A stretch of DNA of 64,000 nucleotides from Eledone cirrhosa (GCA_964016885.1 OZ024742.1:280922001-280986000), one strand, 5' to 3'. Positions 1 to 14,115 are shown, counted from the first letter of the stretch. Notes: generated by a model not told the origin, from the sequence alone. Made by a program: numbers and translations.

Positions 1-22
1 CATATATATACATATATATACA

Positions 23-363
23 TATAAAAGTAATATATATGAGTAATATATATGATGAAACAGATACCAACATATCTGTATTTATATTGCAAAAGAAAGT
101 TAGCCATGTTTGGATTTTGAGGTTTAAACTTATCTACTGAACAGGTTTGACTTTGAAATTTAAATATGTATAAACATCATTGCCATTTGGCAGCACAGCT
201 AGTTTTTGTCGATTTATTATTATTATTATTTTAAATCGATGTGGACGAACTGTGGTAAAATAATTAATATTCTTCAGTCTGGCTAACTTTCTTTTGCAAT
301 ATAAATACAGATATGTTGGTATCTGTTTCATCATATATATTACTCATATATATTACTTTTATA
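23..363. repeat. 84-bp perfect inverted repeat (23-106 / 280-363) with 173-bp spacer
   Basis: TATAAAAGTAAT...AAAGTTAGCCA is the reverse complement of TGGCTAACTTT...ATTACTTTTATA; lies next to (TA)n-rich sequence. Confidence 0.9.
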
Positions 364-427
364 CACGGCTCAGGAATATTTCCTTTCGAGCTAATTCCAT
401 TGTAAAAGAATTCCTTACACTTAATAT

Positions 428-428
<1 letters not shown>

Positions 429-511
<83 letters not shown>

Positions 512-524
512 TATATATATATAT
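429..524. repeat. (TA)n microsatellite
   Basis: Directly visible. Confidence 0.95.
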
Positions 525-2211
525 CTCACTCATCTTCTTCCATTTCTCCGAGGGTTATAAACCACATTATCAGGCTAGAAATTTCTTTAGTCTAAAATAC
601 GGTGAAAGCTTATAATTTCTAATTTCTAATAAATATATATATTAGAAAGTGAGGTTATTTTTTACAAAATGAGAAATAACCGAGGTGTCCTACACGAGTG
701 AAAGTATAAAGAAAAAAAGATGAAATCAAAAATGCAACTGGAGTCTTATTTTTTTTAAAATATATATATTTATTTGGTTCCTTTAATGGTTTCGCAGTTC
801 TTCTTCTTTTCAAAAGTAGAGTTGAGATGGAGGGCCTGTAGTTTTTCTCACATCTGGTTGGTCTTTAAATGTTACTTGTTTTATATGGAAAAAAGTGGCT
901 CGAAACGCCAGGTTTTTAGAGAAGTAATTTGATTGGTTGATCAATAAGTATGATACATTTCGCGCCAGTTCGTGTTACAAAGTTCTTCAAACATCGGGGG
1001 GGGGGGGGGGTGGCTCAGGTTGTTTTTTTCATATAAGTGTCTTTGAATTTCTTTTTACTTAAAAAAAGGGGCTTACGAAGGCTTTTTTTTTTAAATGTAA
1101 TTTGATTGGTTATAAATGAAATCATGGCTGTCACGTGAACAAGTTCATTAAATTTGGGGCCCGTATTTGGGAATTTATTTTGTAGCCGTTTAGAGAATTT
1201 TATGACAATAAAAAAATGGCTCACGAACGCTTTTTTATTTTAATGTAATTTGATTGGTTATAAATGAAATTATGGCTGTCACGTGAACAAGTTCATTAAA
1301 TTTCGCGCCTGTATTTGGGAATTTATTTTGTAGCCTTTTAGAGAATTTTATAACAAGCAAAAAATGGTCAAGAGAAATGGGATGGGAGAATTGTTCTGGT
1401 TCAGTGGATATGGCTAGTTCGCAGGGGTGTCAGAGTTCAGATTTTCTATTGAAATAAAGAAAGTAGACATATGTATTTTTATTTGTGTGTTTGTGTGTGT
1501 GTGTATGTGTGTGTGTGTGTATATGGAGATGATTCTATTGGTAGAAATGGGGGAGGGAGTTGTGTGTGTATATGGGTGTTATGTGTGTGTGTTTAGGAAT
1601 ATGTTAAGATGGAGAGAATATATATATATATATATCGTGTGTGTGTGTGTGTGTATAGAAAGATGATTCTATTTGTAGAAATGGGGGAGGGAGTTGTGTG
1701 TGTGTGTATATGGGTGCTGTGTGTGTGTGGGAGTATGTTAAGATGGAGAGAATATATATATTTTGTGTGTGTGTGTGTGTGGGAAAGTGATTCTATTAGT
1801 AGAAATGGGGGAGGGAGTTGTGTGTGGGGGGAGTTATATGTGCGTGTGTATGGGTGTTATGTGCGCGTGGGAGTATGGTTAGCATGTTAAGATGAAGAAG
1901 AGAATATATATTGGGGGGGGGGGGGTGATTCCGTGAGTAGGAATATTTTTGAATGAACATATTTTCCTTATTTATTCGTATTTGTTCTGTTGCATTGTCA
2001 GCGCAAACGTATTTTAAGGTTTATTTTATTCGGGTTTTTATTTTCTAAAGTAGAAGGTGTTATGTGTGTGTGTTGTATGTGTCTGTTTGGATGGTTAGCA
2101 TGTTATAGTGTTGACATAATGTATATTAAACCATATTTAATGCTCGTCTATATTTTTGAATAAACATATTTTCCTTATTTATTCGTATTTGTTCTGTTGT
2201 ATTGTCAGCGC

Positions 2212-4763
2212 TGATCACAACCCACACAAATCTATTCCAAAACCGTAGACCACTGCCCACACAGAGCCTGTTCCAAAATTGTAGATCCCAACCCACACAA
2301 AGAAACAACATCTACAACCCTGAATATCAACAAACAGAACCTCAATACATCCGAAACTTGTATACAAGACTACACAACAACAGGGGAAATGCCATTAGAT
2401 ATAATAATACCATTAACAAAACATTCCTGAAAAATCATTTTTTAGACCAAGGCTACAGGACCCACGACACCCGGTGGCACAAATTGATTTTGAAAAACCG
2501 AAAATAATCAACCTTTCAAATACAAACCTCTCAGCCCAACAAGTAAAAATTCTCTCCAAAGGACTGAAATTCACACCAATACCACAATACTCTAACCTCA
2601 ATGAGATAAATGACGATATCTCACACTTCTGTAGAAAATTACGTCTCACAGCGGAATTCTTTGACAAGGAGAATAACGACCAATAAATTGTACGGAATAA
2701 AAGCAGCTACAACCCCCAAAAAGGTAGAAACAGAGTTCTGGACGAATGTTGTGACCACATAGCCACTTTCTCATACCATGAAATACCGCAACCTAAACCC
2801 AAACCCCACATGAGTCGAACGGAATGGGAGATTATCCATGAACTAAAAAACAATACGTACATTATAACTAAGGAAGCGGGCAAGGGAAGTACTGTTGTCA
2901 TTATGGAGGCTGAAAAATATAAACATTCTATGCTCTCTGTCTTACACAATACTAATTACTATGAAAGAGTAAAAAACTACCAGCAATCAAAAACAATGAC
3001 CAGATTAAACACACTGATTTGTCGATACCAGGAAGACTTAACTGAAAAGGAACGCGATTATTTAACACATTTTGAATACAAAACCAGCAACCTTTACGGT
3101 CTTCCGAAGATCCACAAGTGTAAAATAATTAACGATGCCTGTAAACAATCCACCTCAGCCTGCATGAACACAAAATACCCCACAGACCTTAAATTAAGAC
3201 CAATTGTAGCGGGCCCACAATTTGAAACATACAGATTGAGCAACTTTATAGACATACTACTAAAACCAATTCTCAAACAGATACCAAGTAAGAGACGATC
3301 TGGACCTCTTAAACCACCTCCCCAAACATGTCAACAACGATACTATTATTATGTCTTTCGATGTAGTGAATCTCTTCACAACGATCGCACACCAATACGA
3401 ACTAGAAGCAATAGGATTCTGGCTAGAGAAATATCCCAATGAGATACCTGGCGCAATAGAAAAAGGCTTCATCACCGAGGGATTAAAATTTATCTTACAG
3501 AACAACTTTTTTGATTTCGATGGCAGTACCTACAAGCAAATATCGGGGACTGCGATGGGTACAAAAGCAACTTATGCCAACTTAGTCATGGCATACTTAG
3601 AAGTCCAGATTTATGAACAGTTCAAATCAAAATACGGATTGAACTTCCACAAATATTTATCAGAGAATTGGTAACGCTACTTGGATGATTGTCTCATTCT
3701 TTGGTCCCGCACACTCAACGAACTGAAGGATTTCAAAAACTTAATAAACCGCATCAATAACCACATCCAATTCACAATGGAATACAGCCAAGATAAACCT
3801 TAACACCAAAATTTTGCTGTAAAAAATCACTTCCCATTTCTGGACATCTTAATCTTAAAAAAAGACACAAATATTGAAACTGACATACACTACAAACCAA
3901 CAGATTCCAAACAACACCTGCTATTCACCTCCAACCATCCAAAGCACACGAAGACATACATTTCTTTTAACCTAGCAAGAAGAATTTGCACAATTGTCCC
4001 CAATTATGAAACGCTAAATAAAAGACTTCAAGAAATAAAGGAAATTCTACTCGAAAGACAGTACTCACCATTACTAATAAATAATGGAATAGAAAGGTCT
4101 AAAGTAATAGGCATTGATGAATTACGAAAACAGAAACAAATTCAAGGTACGTCCAATATTCTATCATATATCTCAACACACAACCCAAGAAATACGGAAG
4201 CTTACAACACTATTCACAAGAACATCCCACTACTGAAACAAGACCCAAGAATGAAAAAAAGCCCTTGAAACACAAAATAATCAAAAGCAAAAGACAACCG
4301 AAATCACTGAAAACATTACTCACCAATGCCAAATTACCTACCACAAACCCACAACCAACTGTCAAAAAATGTGGTCACACTAATTATGGAACCTGCACTT
4401 ACCTCATTGAAGGCAACACGTATACATTTAAATCAGGACAACATTTTGCTGTAAAAAATCACTTCACTTGCTCATCAAAAAATCTGTTTTATGCCATTAA
4501 ATGTAAAGGATGCAATGAAGATTATATAGGACAAACTAAATTCATACTCAGAAATAGAATGACAGTTCATCGCCAACAATTACGAGCTCCAACCACGAGC
4601 TCCAACCACTAAGCGCACATCTAGACATTTGCACAAGTAGTAAGACACCCAAATTCCAATCTTCCCATTTTACCTTTGCGTTGACAATACAACAGAACAT
4701 ATACGAATAAATAAGGAAATGATGTTTATTCAAAAATATAAATCAGCATTAAATATGGTTTAA
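2212..4763 (+). pseudogene. Penelope-like RT + GIY-YIG endonuclease ORF, broken by stops and frameshifts
   Basis: Motifs IINLS...LSKGLKFTP, LYGLPKIHK, LRPIV, SFDVVNLFT, YKQISGTAMGT, RYLDD (3676), PFLDI, then FTCSSKNLFYAIKCKGCNEDYIGQT...R...H. Confidence 0.92.
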
Positions 4764-5369
4764 TATACATTATGTCAACACCATAACACGCTAACCATAC
4801 AAACAGACACATACACACACACACATAACACCTACTTTAGAAAATAAAAACCCGAACTATATAAACCTTAACATACGTTTGCGCTGACAATGCAACATAA
4901 CAAATACGAATAAGTAAGGAAAATATGTTCATTCAAAAATATTCCTAGTAACGGAATCATTTTCCTAAACACACACACACACACGCACAAAATATATATT
5001 CTCTTCATCTTAACATGCTTACCATACTCCCAAACACACATAAAACCCATACACACACACATAACACCCCACACACCCACAACTCCCTCCCCCATTTCTA
5101 TTAATAGAATCACTTTCGTACACACACACACACATAATATATTCTCTCCATCTTAACATACTCCCACACATACACATAACACACATATACACACACACAC
5201 ACATACATACACACACACATACACATACACACACAAACACAAATAAACATACATATGTCTACTTTCTTTATTTCAATAGAAAATCTGAACTCTGACAACC
5301 CAGCGAACTAGCCATATTCACTGAACCAGAACAATTCTCCCATCCCATTTCTCTTGACCATTCTTTTGC

Positions 5370-5810
5370 TTGTCATAAAATTCTCTAAAAGGCTACAAAA
5401 TAAATTCCCAAATACGGGCGCGAAATTTAATGAACTTGTTCACGTGACAGCGATAATTTCATTTATAACCAATCAAATTACATTAAAATAAAAAAGCGTT
5501 CGTGAGCCACTTTTTCTATTGTCATAAAATTCTCTAAAAGGCTACAAAATAAACTCTCAAATATAGGCGCGAAATTTAATGAACTTGTTCACGTGACAGT
5601 CATTATTTCATTTATAATGAATCAAATTGCATTTTTTTAAAAAAGCCTTCGTGAGCCACTTTTTTATTGTCATAAAATTCTCTAAAAGGCTACAAAATAA
5701 ATTTCAAAATACGGGCGCGTATTTAATGAACTTGTTCACGTGACAGCCATAATTTCATTTATACCCACTCAAATTTCATTTTTTTAAAAAAGATTTCCTG
5801 AGCCCTCTTT
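5370..5810 (+). repeat. Three tandem ~149-bp units in the right arm of PLE1 (two units in the left arm, ~1085-1365)
   Basis: TTGTCATAAAATTCTCTAAAAGGCTAC...TTCACGTGACAG recurs at 5370, 5519 and 5667. Confidence 0.9.
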
Positions 5811-6046
5811 TTTAAGTAAAAAGAAATTCAAACACACATATATGAAAAATCAACCTTAGCCCCGCCCCCCTTGTTTGAAGAACTTTGTAACGCGAACTGG
5901 CGCGAAATTTATTATAATTATTGACCAACCAATCAAATTAGTTCTCTAAAAACCAGGCGTTTCGAGCCACTTTTTTCCATATAAAACAAGTAACATTCAA
6001 AGACCAACCAGGTGTGAGCAAAACCACAGACCCTCCATCTCAACTC

Positions 6047-6086
6047 TACTTTTGAAAAGCAGAAGACCTGCGAAACAGGTAAAGGA
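6047..6086 (+). ncRNA. Degenerate minimal hammerhead-like motif in PLE1 arm (mirror copy ~779-818, minus strand)
   Basis: ctt-TTGAAAA-GCAG aagac CTGC-GAAA-cagg-TA-aag; stems I and III are weak. Confidence 0.45.
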
Positions 6087-6153
6087 ACCAAATATGTATA
6101 TATATATTTTTTTAAATAACACTCCAGTAGCATTTTCGATTTCATCTTTTTTT

Positions 6154-6315
<162 letters not shown>

Positions 6316-6759
6316 AATTTATACTTGATTTGTGTGGTATACCAATGGTGGAACGAGCATTCCCGTTAGCATGATGCAGAAGTAAATTATTCAAGTCAAA
6401 TCATCCATCGTAGATGTGGTTTCCCGTGGCTACAGCAGAAGGCCGAATTGGACATTTTTTCATGGGAAACACTAAACGCATTTCAATGGCCTTGTCACAT
6501 GATCCGATCATGACGTAAGAGTGTGACGACGTCATGAGTTGTGGATTGCGAAATTAGTGAATCAGTAACAGTATTACGGGAAATACAAATGTAGAATAGA
6601 ATTGATACGGAGAACGTACGCTAGTTCAATTCTATGGTTATGGCAAACCGTCTCCGAATGTCACACACTTTGCAATGTTAAGCATTGTGGGCTGGAAGGC
6701 GTGACCAAAGGAGTTGGGTTTATTTGGTGGCGACAGATATTCTGCTCTCTTCAGATAAT

Positions 6760-6896
6760 TGTTTCTACTTTTGGCACAAGGCCAGCAATTATCCCAATGC
6801 ATTACTTGTACTTTATTTTATCGACCCCGTAAGGATGAAATGCAAAGTTAACCTCGGCGGGATTTGAACTTAGATTATAAAGGGATGTAACTCTAT
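6760..6896 (-). mobile_element. SINE 3' portion (cephalopod-like family)
   Basis: Same sequence as 8379-8535 and 59473-59613; CAGATAAT occurs on both flanks (probable TSD). Confidence 0.8.
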
Positions 6897-7439
6897 GCTC
6901 CAGATAATGCCACTCCATTGATCAGAACCAAACAACCCGCGGCTACAGACGTTTAGGGGTACTAGACTTGGTATCATCTGACTCTCGCAGACAACTAGCG
7001 TAGCGTGACGGTGAAAATATTAAAAGAAGATAAATAATAAAGGAAGTTATCTTGATGTCAGTAATTCGTTAAAAGTAAAAAATTAATTAATTAGAGGGTA
7101 AGTAAAATAGTTTACGCATATCTATGAGTGTATTGCGAAAGAAAAGAAAATGTGACGTGGCATTCCCAGGAGACTTGCGTTAAAAACCTCCTCATCTGTG
7201 CAAAATAAAAAATAATACGATATTAGTAACCGAGCATTTTCAAATATTGAAGAGATGGGAAAATTAATTAATCCATTATTTCCAGACATTCAAACGATCT
7301 TCAGAGGACAACTGTATAATAGAATGAACTCTATAGATAATGAACACAACCTCAAGGGTATGGTCCGAACGTGGAAGAGCCGAACTCCCACTGTCATCGC
7401 CTCCATCTCTCTCGTCATCCCAATCTCTCTGTATGGTAA

Positions 7440-7690
7440 GCAAATGTGGTCCCGCGTGCTGGCTTCCCAACAGCCCCGGTGGACAGACAGGAGAAGCCAG
7501 CTGGCCAGCTCAACACCTATGGTGGTGAATAGGGAGGTAGCCCTAGGGCCAAGGATACCAGAAGTCTTCACTGCCAAGGGCACGACTGCAAACCTGTCGA
7601 AGAGCGGCCGGTACTTGGTGAGTTTGGCCTCCTCAGTACGACGTGCAGCAGAACCTGGGTTAGTCGCAGATTGCACCAGGCTGGATTCAA
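7440..7690 (-). pseudogene. C-terminal restriction-like endonuclease fragment of a CRE-like non-LTR retrotransposon
   Basis: GSAARRTEEAKLTKYRPLFDRFAVVPLAVKTSGILGPRATSLFTTIG matches the remembered K..KY...F.P.AVET.G..G pattern, followed by LSVHRG. Confidence 0.65.
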
Positions 7691-8378
7691 ACTATAGAAC
7701 CGAATTTAGGACTATTGCATGTGACTCAGAAGCCCATCAGGCGGTCAGTCGTTTGTCTAACACATTTCACCTTATGTTCATATTAATAACTGTAGTGCTA
7801 ATGGAGATAGATATATTTCTTTATTTGCCACAGGGGCGTACGCAATGGGACATTACAAGACGTGACGGCGAGTGTTTTACATAAAAATAACTTTAACATG
7901 GAGATAGAGAGATAAAATATTATATACATAAAATATAATTATCTTTCATGACGTAGTAGATTGTATGCATTAATAAAGTAGACTGCATGCATTAATAAAG
8001 TAGACGTAGCAAATTACGTAGCTTATAACTATGCTTAGGTTAAAACTGCAAATATATAGTTGAGGGTAAAATCGAAAATAACATTATGCAACTACATAGT
8101 TTAAAAATAAGATTAAACTAAAGCTATTATTGGATCAAAGGAGTCACTCAATATCAGATTACATGTGGAAATTACCGTGGAATATATGATAATAATATAC
8201 TAAAAGACGAAATGTGAAAAATATAAAAGTATACAAAAAATACTTAGTGTGTGTAATTATAATATAAATGAACTCTAATGAATTTTAAGAGGTAAGTAAA
8301 TTATAGGGTGAATAATTAAATATTTAAATAATAGATAAAAAAAATAGTAAAGAAGTAAAAGTAGTAAAAACAATTAAT

Positions 8379-8535
8379 TGTTTCTACTTTAGGCGCAAGG
8401 CCAGCAATTACCAGTGCATTACTGGTACTATATTTTATCGACCCAATAAGGATGAAAGGCAAAGTTAATCTCGGCGGGATTTGAACTCAGATCGTAAAGG
8501 GACGTAACTATGCTGGAAAGCATGGCGTCCGACCC
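8379..8535 (-). mobile_element. SINE 3' portion, same family as 6760-6896
   Basis: TGTTTCTAC...GCAAGGCCAGCAATT...TATCGACCC...GGATGAAAGGCAAAGTT...GGCGGGATTTGAACTCAG. Confidence 0.8.
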
Positions 8536-11005
8536 TGATTGATTATAAGTAATAATTAGTTGTATGAAGTACGTTATAGTCATTAGCATTGAAGAATTGG
8601 TTTAATGTCATTCTCGTCGTTAGCACATCCGTTGCAATAACACAGCTGAAATGGCTCTTTCAGCGCGTCCCCCTCACAAAAGGGGAAACGTCTTCTCTAT
8701 TTTGTCCGCAGGGGCCGCGGGTGGGATAGCGAGAGACGGAGACAGTGGCAGTGGGCGTTTGGTTCTCTTGTGTTCGGACATGGTGGATATATATGTATAT
8801 TAGAGAGAATGAGTGTAAGAAATGAATGTTGTCTTATGGTATTCATAATCTAAAATATTTAAGACGTTATAGGCAATTATTATATTTAGATTCTACGAAG
8901 ATCTCATAGACATATTGAAATTGCTTTTACAAAATAGATGATACACATTTAAATAGCCTCACCTAATTTAGCTACCAGCAATCCATCGATTTTATTTTTT
9001 CTAACGCTACATCTTTACTAAAACCTATCGATATTACTCTAATTTCTCTTTGGAGAGTCTTCCACCAACTGTTGTTGACGACGCCCATCCCCTGTGAACT
9101 TTAACTTAATTAAGTTGTTGATCTAGTCCTTATCGTATTTACATGCCGGACTCGACATGTTCAGCTTCCAATAACCAGGTCCTACTCTGCGTGTCTTATC
9201 TAGGTCGACAGATTACGATAATGGTGATGACGGTGATAGTGGTAATAACATAAAAGAATATAAGAAAAGAAAAAAAGGAAAGAGTAATGGATATGTGTGG
9301 AGGGTTAGGAGAGATGACACCGAAGACAAGGTCTAAGAGGTCTGTCTTAGTAATAGAATTAGAAATTGTATCGGCATCAATGCCAACAATAATAAGAGTG
9401 CTAATTGACAGTAAGTGTGGTATTTACAATGGATACTTTGCCTGTGGCTACAGCAAGTGATTTTAGTTGTCTAGTTGTAATTCCATATCTTTCTGGGTTC
9501 CTTCGTATAAGTGTCGAATACAACAACAACAACAACAGCAACCAATGACCTATGTTACAAGGGTGGGGCGGGCGAATTCCAGTAGCTGGCATATTGATTT
9601 AGGCAGTGGTAATAATATGAATAATTTAAAATAAAAAATAATTAAGAGAAAATAGATTAATGTTCTAAGGCGGAAGAGGTAACCGAGAAGACAAATTCTA
9701 GTTCCGTTTTAGTAATAGGGGAGTGTGCCGCCATCAGCGACAACAACAACTTCAACAAACGCAATCGTCCTCAACGATGGTATTATTTGGATTTACGGTG
9801 GCGGCCTACACATCAGCAGCAGCAGCAGCAACAGCTGAACTCAAAGAAGAAGGAGCAGCAGCGACTGAAGCAACAACAGCGTTCAATCAGCCGTGACATC
9901 TGACAAAACACCAACAACACTCACATCATCAACAACAACAACGCTAACAATAACGCCGGCAACTTTGTCGGTGACGACGACAATAATATTAACACCACAA
10001 ACAGCAGTATCCACGACAATGACAGCAATATCAATAACAGTAACGGTATTAATAACAATCAATAGTTTAGATGTGCTCGCATATCTGAAGAGATGTCGAA
10101 AAAGACTCGGGTCCTGTCACCTTGTTTATACCTTGCGCTGATCGATATCGAAACAATTGTAATAAGCAAATAAAGTTTGTACATATTCTACAACACTGAA
10201 TTCGACTATTTTAACCGCTACCCCGCCTCTCTGTATATATATACACATAATCATACATGTACATATACGTATATATATATATATATATATAATATTAGAA
10301 AGATCGAGTATCGAAAAATCGGCGCACGAGTTCACGATAAACAAAATTCGAAATGAGCGGCAGAGGGCTCAATAATTCAGATGAATCAGAGCTATAACTA
10401 TCGTTAAAATACCGTCACATATAGAACAAGTCTACAATCAACCATACGATAAAAAATCGATAATAGAAGATTCGGGACAAACAGATAAAAAATATCAATA
10501 AAACAATACATCAATAATTTAAATGAATGTAAAATCATACCCGGACCCACTAGAAAGGTGTTAAATCTAGCTTCATGGGTTTCTGTAAATCCTTAGACTG
10601 TACTCTATCAGCTCACAATATATATATATATATATATGCATATACACACAGATATACGTATACATAGATACATACATATATATGTATAAACACATACAAC
10701 TGTACATATGGGAAGGCGCGTGGCTGAAGTTGTGACCTATTTTCTCGAACCGGGCGATGCGTTATCTCCTTGAGCAAGACAATTTATTATAGGTTGCTCC
10801 TTCTACCTGGAGTTACGACCGATAGATAGTATTAGCAATTGTAAAGACCATTGGAAACATTGTTTCGTCGGTCCGATATGACGAAATTTGATCGTTAACA
10901 TGCATACACACATATATTTCTTATACACATATACACGTAAAAATGCATACACACAAACACATATATATATACATACCATACACCCATATATTCATATAGA
11001 AATGC

Positions 11006-11047
<42 letters not shown>

Positions 11048-11052
<5 letters not shown>

Positions 11053-11831
11053 AATATAGATTGAGCGAGAATCGCATTTCGGCGGGTAGAAAAGGCGAAA
11101 CGAAACGCAAAAATCAGAGATGACACTGGACAAGTGCTCAATAGTTAAAACCAGAGCTAAACAATGTGTTAAGAAGCCATACAAAACTGAAAAAGTGGTC
11201 AAGAAAGCATTAACCACCTAAGCCAAAACGCAAATCAAGCTAAACAGGTCAAAACAAAATAAATGATAAAATATAAATGATAAAACCAGACCTGGACCCT
11301 CGGAATTGCTGTTAAAATCCAATGCAGGGTTTCTATGACACTTAAATCGAAATACTGTCTGCTTAAACATATAAGCTTTGGGTATAATGATCGAACAAGG
11401 AATATCACGTTATCAACAGGTATTTTGCTCCGTACTAAATATGTGAGTGACACAGAGGCAAGTTAAACCACGTCTGGAAATCACAAGGGGAAATAACCCC
11501 AGATTTTGGCAAAATAATTCAGTAAGTGAATATCAGTAAAAAATTGCATAAATAGCACAAATCGAATAAGTTCTCAACCGGGTGGTTTTTAAAATAAACT
11601 TATACAATAAATCTGTCAATAAAAATTATTAACAAGTTAATTGTAAGACACGGGAGATTAATACAAATATAGATTCAGCGAGAGTCGCATTTCGGCGGGT
11701 AGGAAAGGCGAAACGAACGCAAAAATCAGAGATGACAATGGCAAAGTGGTCAATAGTTAAAAACCAGAGCTAAACAATGTGTTAAGAAGCCATAAAAACT
11801 GAAAAGTGGTCAAGAAAGCATTAACCACCTA
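11048..11831. repeat. Two ~172-bp direct repeats (11048-11220 and 11661-11831)
   Basis: ATACAAATATAGATT...GCATTAACCACCTA present twice with few differences. Confidence 0.9.
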
Positions 11832-11832
11832 T

Positions 11833-12420
<588 letters not shown>

Positions 12421-13923
12421 GAAAAGTGGGTAGGAAGAGAGTTCCGAGGGTGTGTGGAGTACTGGTGGAAAGACAATTTTAAAAAAGGAGGGGAGAGAAA
12501 AGAGTGAAAAAACGATTTTAGAAGTAAATAAAAATAAAAATAAATATAAAAATAAACAAGTGGTGGAAGGGTGTGAGGCGTGTAGGGTTGGTGGCGGGTG
12601 GAGTTGGGAGAGGGAGACGGGGTGTCCGATCGGGCAGTGCTGAAGTTGGTGTCTATGTATGTATGTAGGTGTACGTGTGTGTGTGTATGTGAATGTGAGA
12701 GTTGGGGGAAGAACGTGGTTTCATGTTCAGGTAAAGGGGAACCGGTGTGTGTACATGGGGTGGGGTGTAAGTCAGTGTGTGCGTACGTGTGGATGGAGAG
12801 GGGTCAGAAGGGGGCGGGGATTCCTGAGGCTGAGTGTGTGTATGTGGGGATACGCACGTGTGTGTTTCTGTTTATACATGATGTGGATGTAGGTGGCGTG
12901 GTTGGAAAAAAATGTGAGTGTTTGTTTGTGGGTAAGTTCCTAAGTAAATTCGGTGGAGTGTGCGATAAGATGTTGGATATTTCTCATGTTATAGAGTGGA
13001 TAGCTGGAACGATGACCGGTGGTGTGGATTCCATTTGTGGTAATGCGGAAGTGGAGAGATGTGGGGTGCGTGCGCAACAGGGAGGTGTCAGAGGGTCAAG
13101 GCAGGGTGAAGAGATAGCAGTGGAGGAGGATGACAGGTGAAGAAAGGGCATGTATGTGGTGTGGACTGTGTGTCTGTGTGCGCGGAGGTGTGGTGGACAG
13201 GGGAGAGGATGTGTAGGCGTGAAAGATGGAGGGAGAAGGTGGTGGTGTGGGTGGACAGTGTGTATATTAGTGGAGGTGTTAGTGGGATGTGTGTGTGAGG
13301 GGGTGTAGATGAACCGGGGAGAAGGAGAGGGAGAGAAAAGGTGTTGGGGGAGGAGGAGGGATTGTAGTGTACTGGTTGGGGTTTTTTGGATGAGTGTGTG
13401 TATCTGGTAGAGGGGGTGTTAGTTGTGTTAGTATTACTGGTGCTGGGGAAAGGGTTGAATGCGGGTATGTAAGTGGGGGTTAGTGGTGGTTGGGTGTGTG
13501 GAGTGGGTGGTGTACGTAGGTGTGGGTTTGTGTATGTGTGATGGTGTGTGGATAGTGTGAGTTCGTGTATATATGTACAGGTGGGTGGATGCGTGTGGAG
13601 TGTGTGGGTGCGCGGGTGTTAGGGGGAGGGGTGGGGATGTTATTATTGTTAGTGGGGGTGGATAGTATTATTAAGTGTGGGGTGGGCGAAGGGGGTGGTG
13701 GCGGTGAAATGGAGGAGTTGTTAGTGGTGTTAGTGGGGGATGTGTGGGGGGATGTGTGGGGGGAAAGGTGGGCGGTCGAAGGTTAAAGGAATAGGCGTGG
13801 GAATTTCAGGCCGGGGGTGTGTGTGTCTGTAGGGTGAAGATGGTATATATATATATATGCACATGTGTATGTATTTATATATGTATACGTGGGTGTATAT
13901 ATATATACATATATATATATATA

Positions 13924-14044
13924 TCTTAAACATATATACATGTAAATATACATGTACACAAACATATATGTATGTAAATATATACATATATATTTACATA
14001 CACATATGTTTGTGTACATGTATATTTACATGTATATATGTTTA

Positions 14045-14047
<3 letters not shown>
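13924..14047. repeat. ~124-bp near-perfect palindrome embedded in (TA)n
   Basis: TCTTAAACATATATACATG...CATGTATATATGTTTAAGA with essentially no spacer. Confidence 0.9.
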
Positions 14048-14106
<59 letters not shown>

Positions 14107-14115
14107 GTATATATA

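Noticed and set aside
264-560. ORFs rich in YI/IY, CV/VC, HT or poly-L/I/N here and throughout the window
   Set aside because: Translations of (TA)n, (TG)n, (CA)n and (ATT)n microsatellites
5370-5810. CRISPR-like array
   Set aside because: Whole 149-bp units repeat without unique spacers; eukaryotic retroelement context
7255-7884. 209-aa plus-strand ORF
   Set aside because: Antisense to the CRE-like fragment; no recognisable motif
8640-8790. GC-rich patch with small hairpins and GAAACGTC
   Set aside because: No CTGANGA core in the required position and no other diagnostic feature
9200-10070. Thr-rich ORF and faint internal duplication (~9243-9397 vs ~9606-9750)
   Set aside because: Decayed (ACA)/(GCA) low-complexity sequence; no coding support
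12598-13140. 180-aa Val/Gly/Cys-rich ORF
   Set aside because: Product of the GT-rich antisense strand of a decayed element
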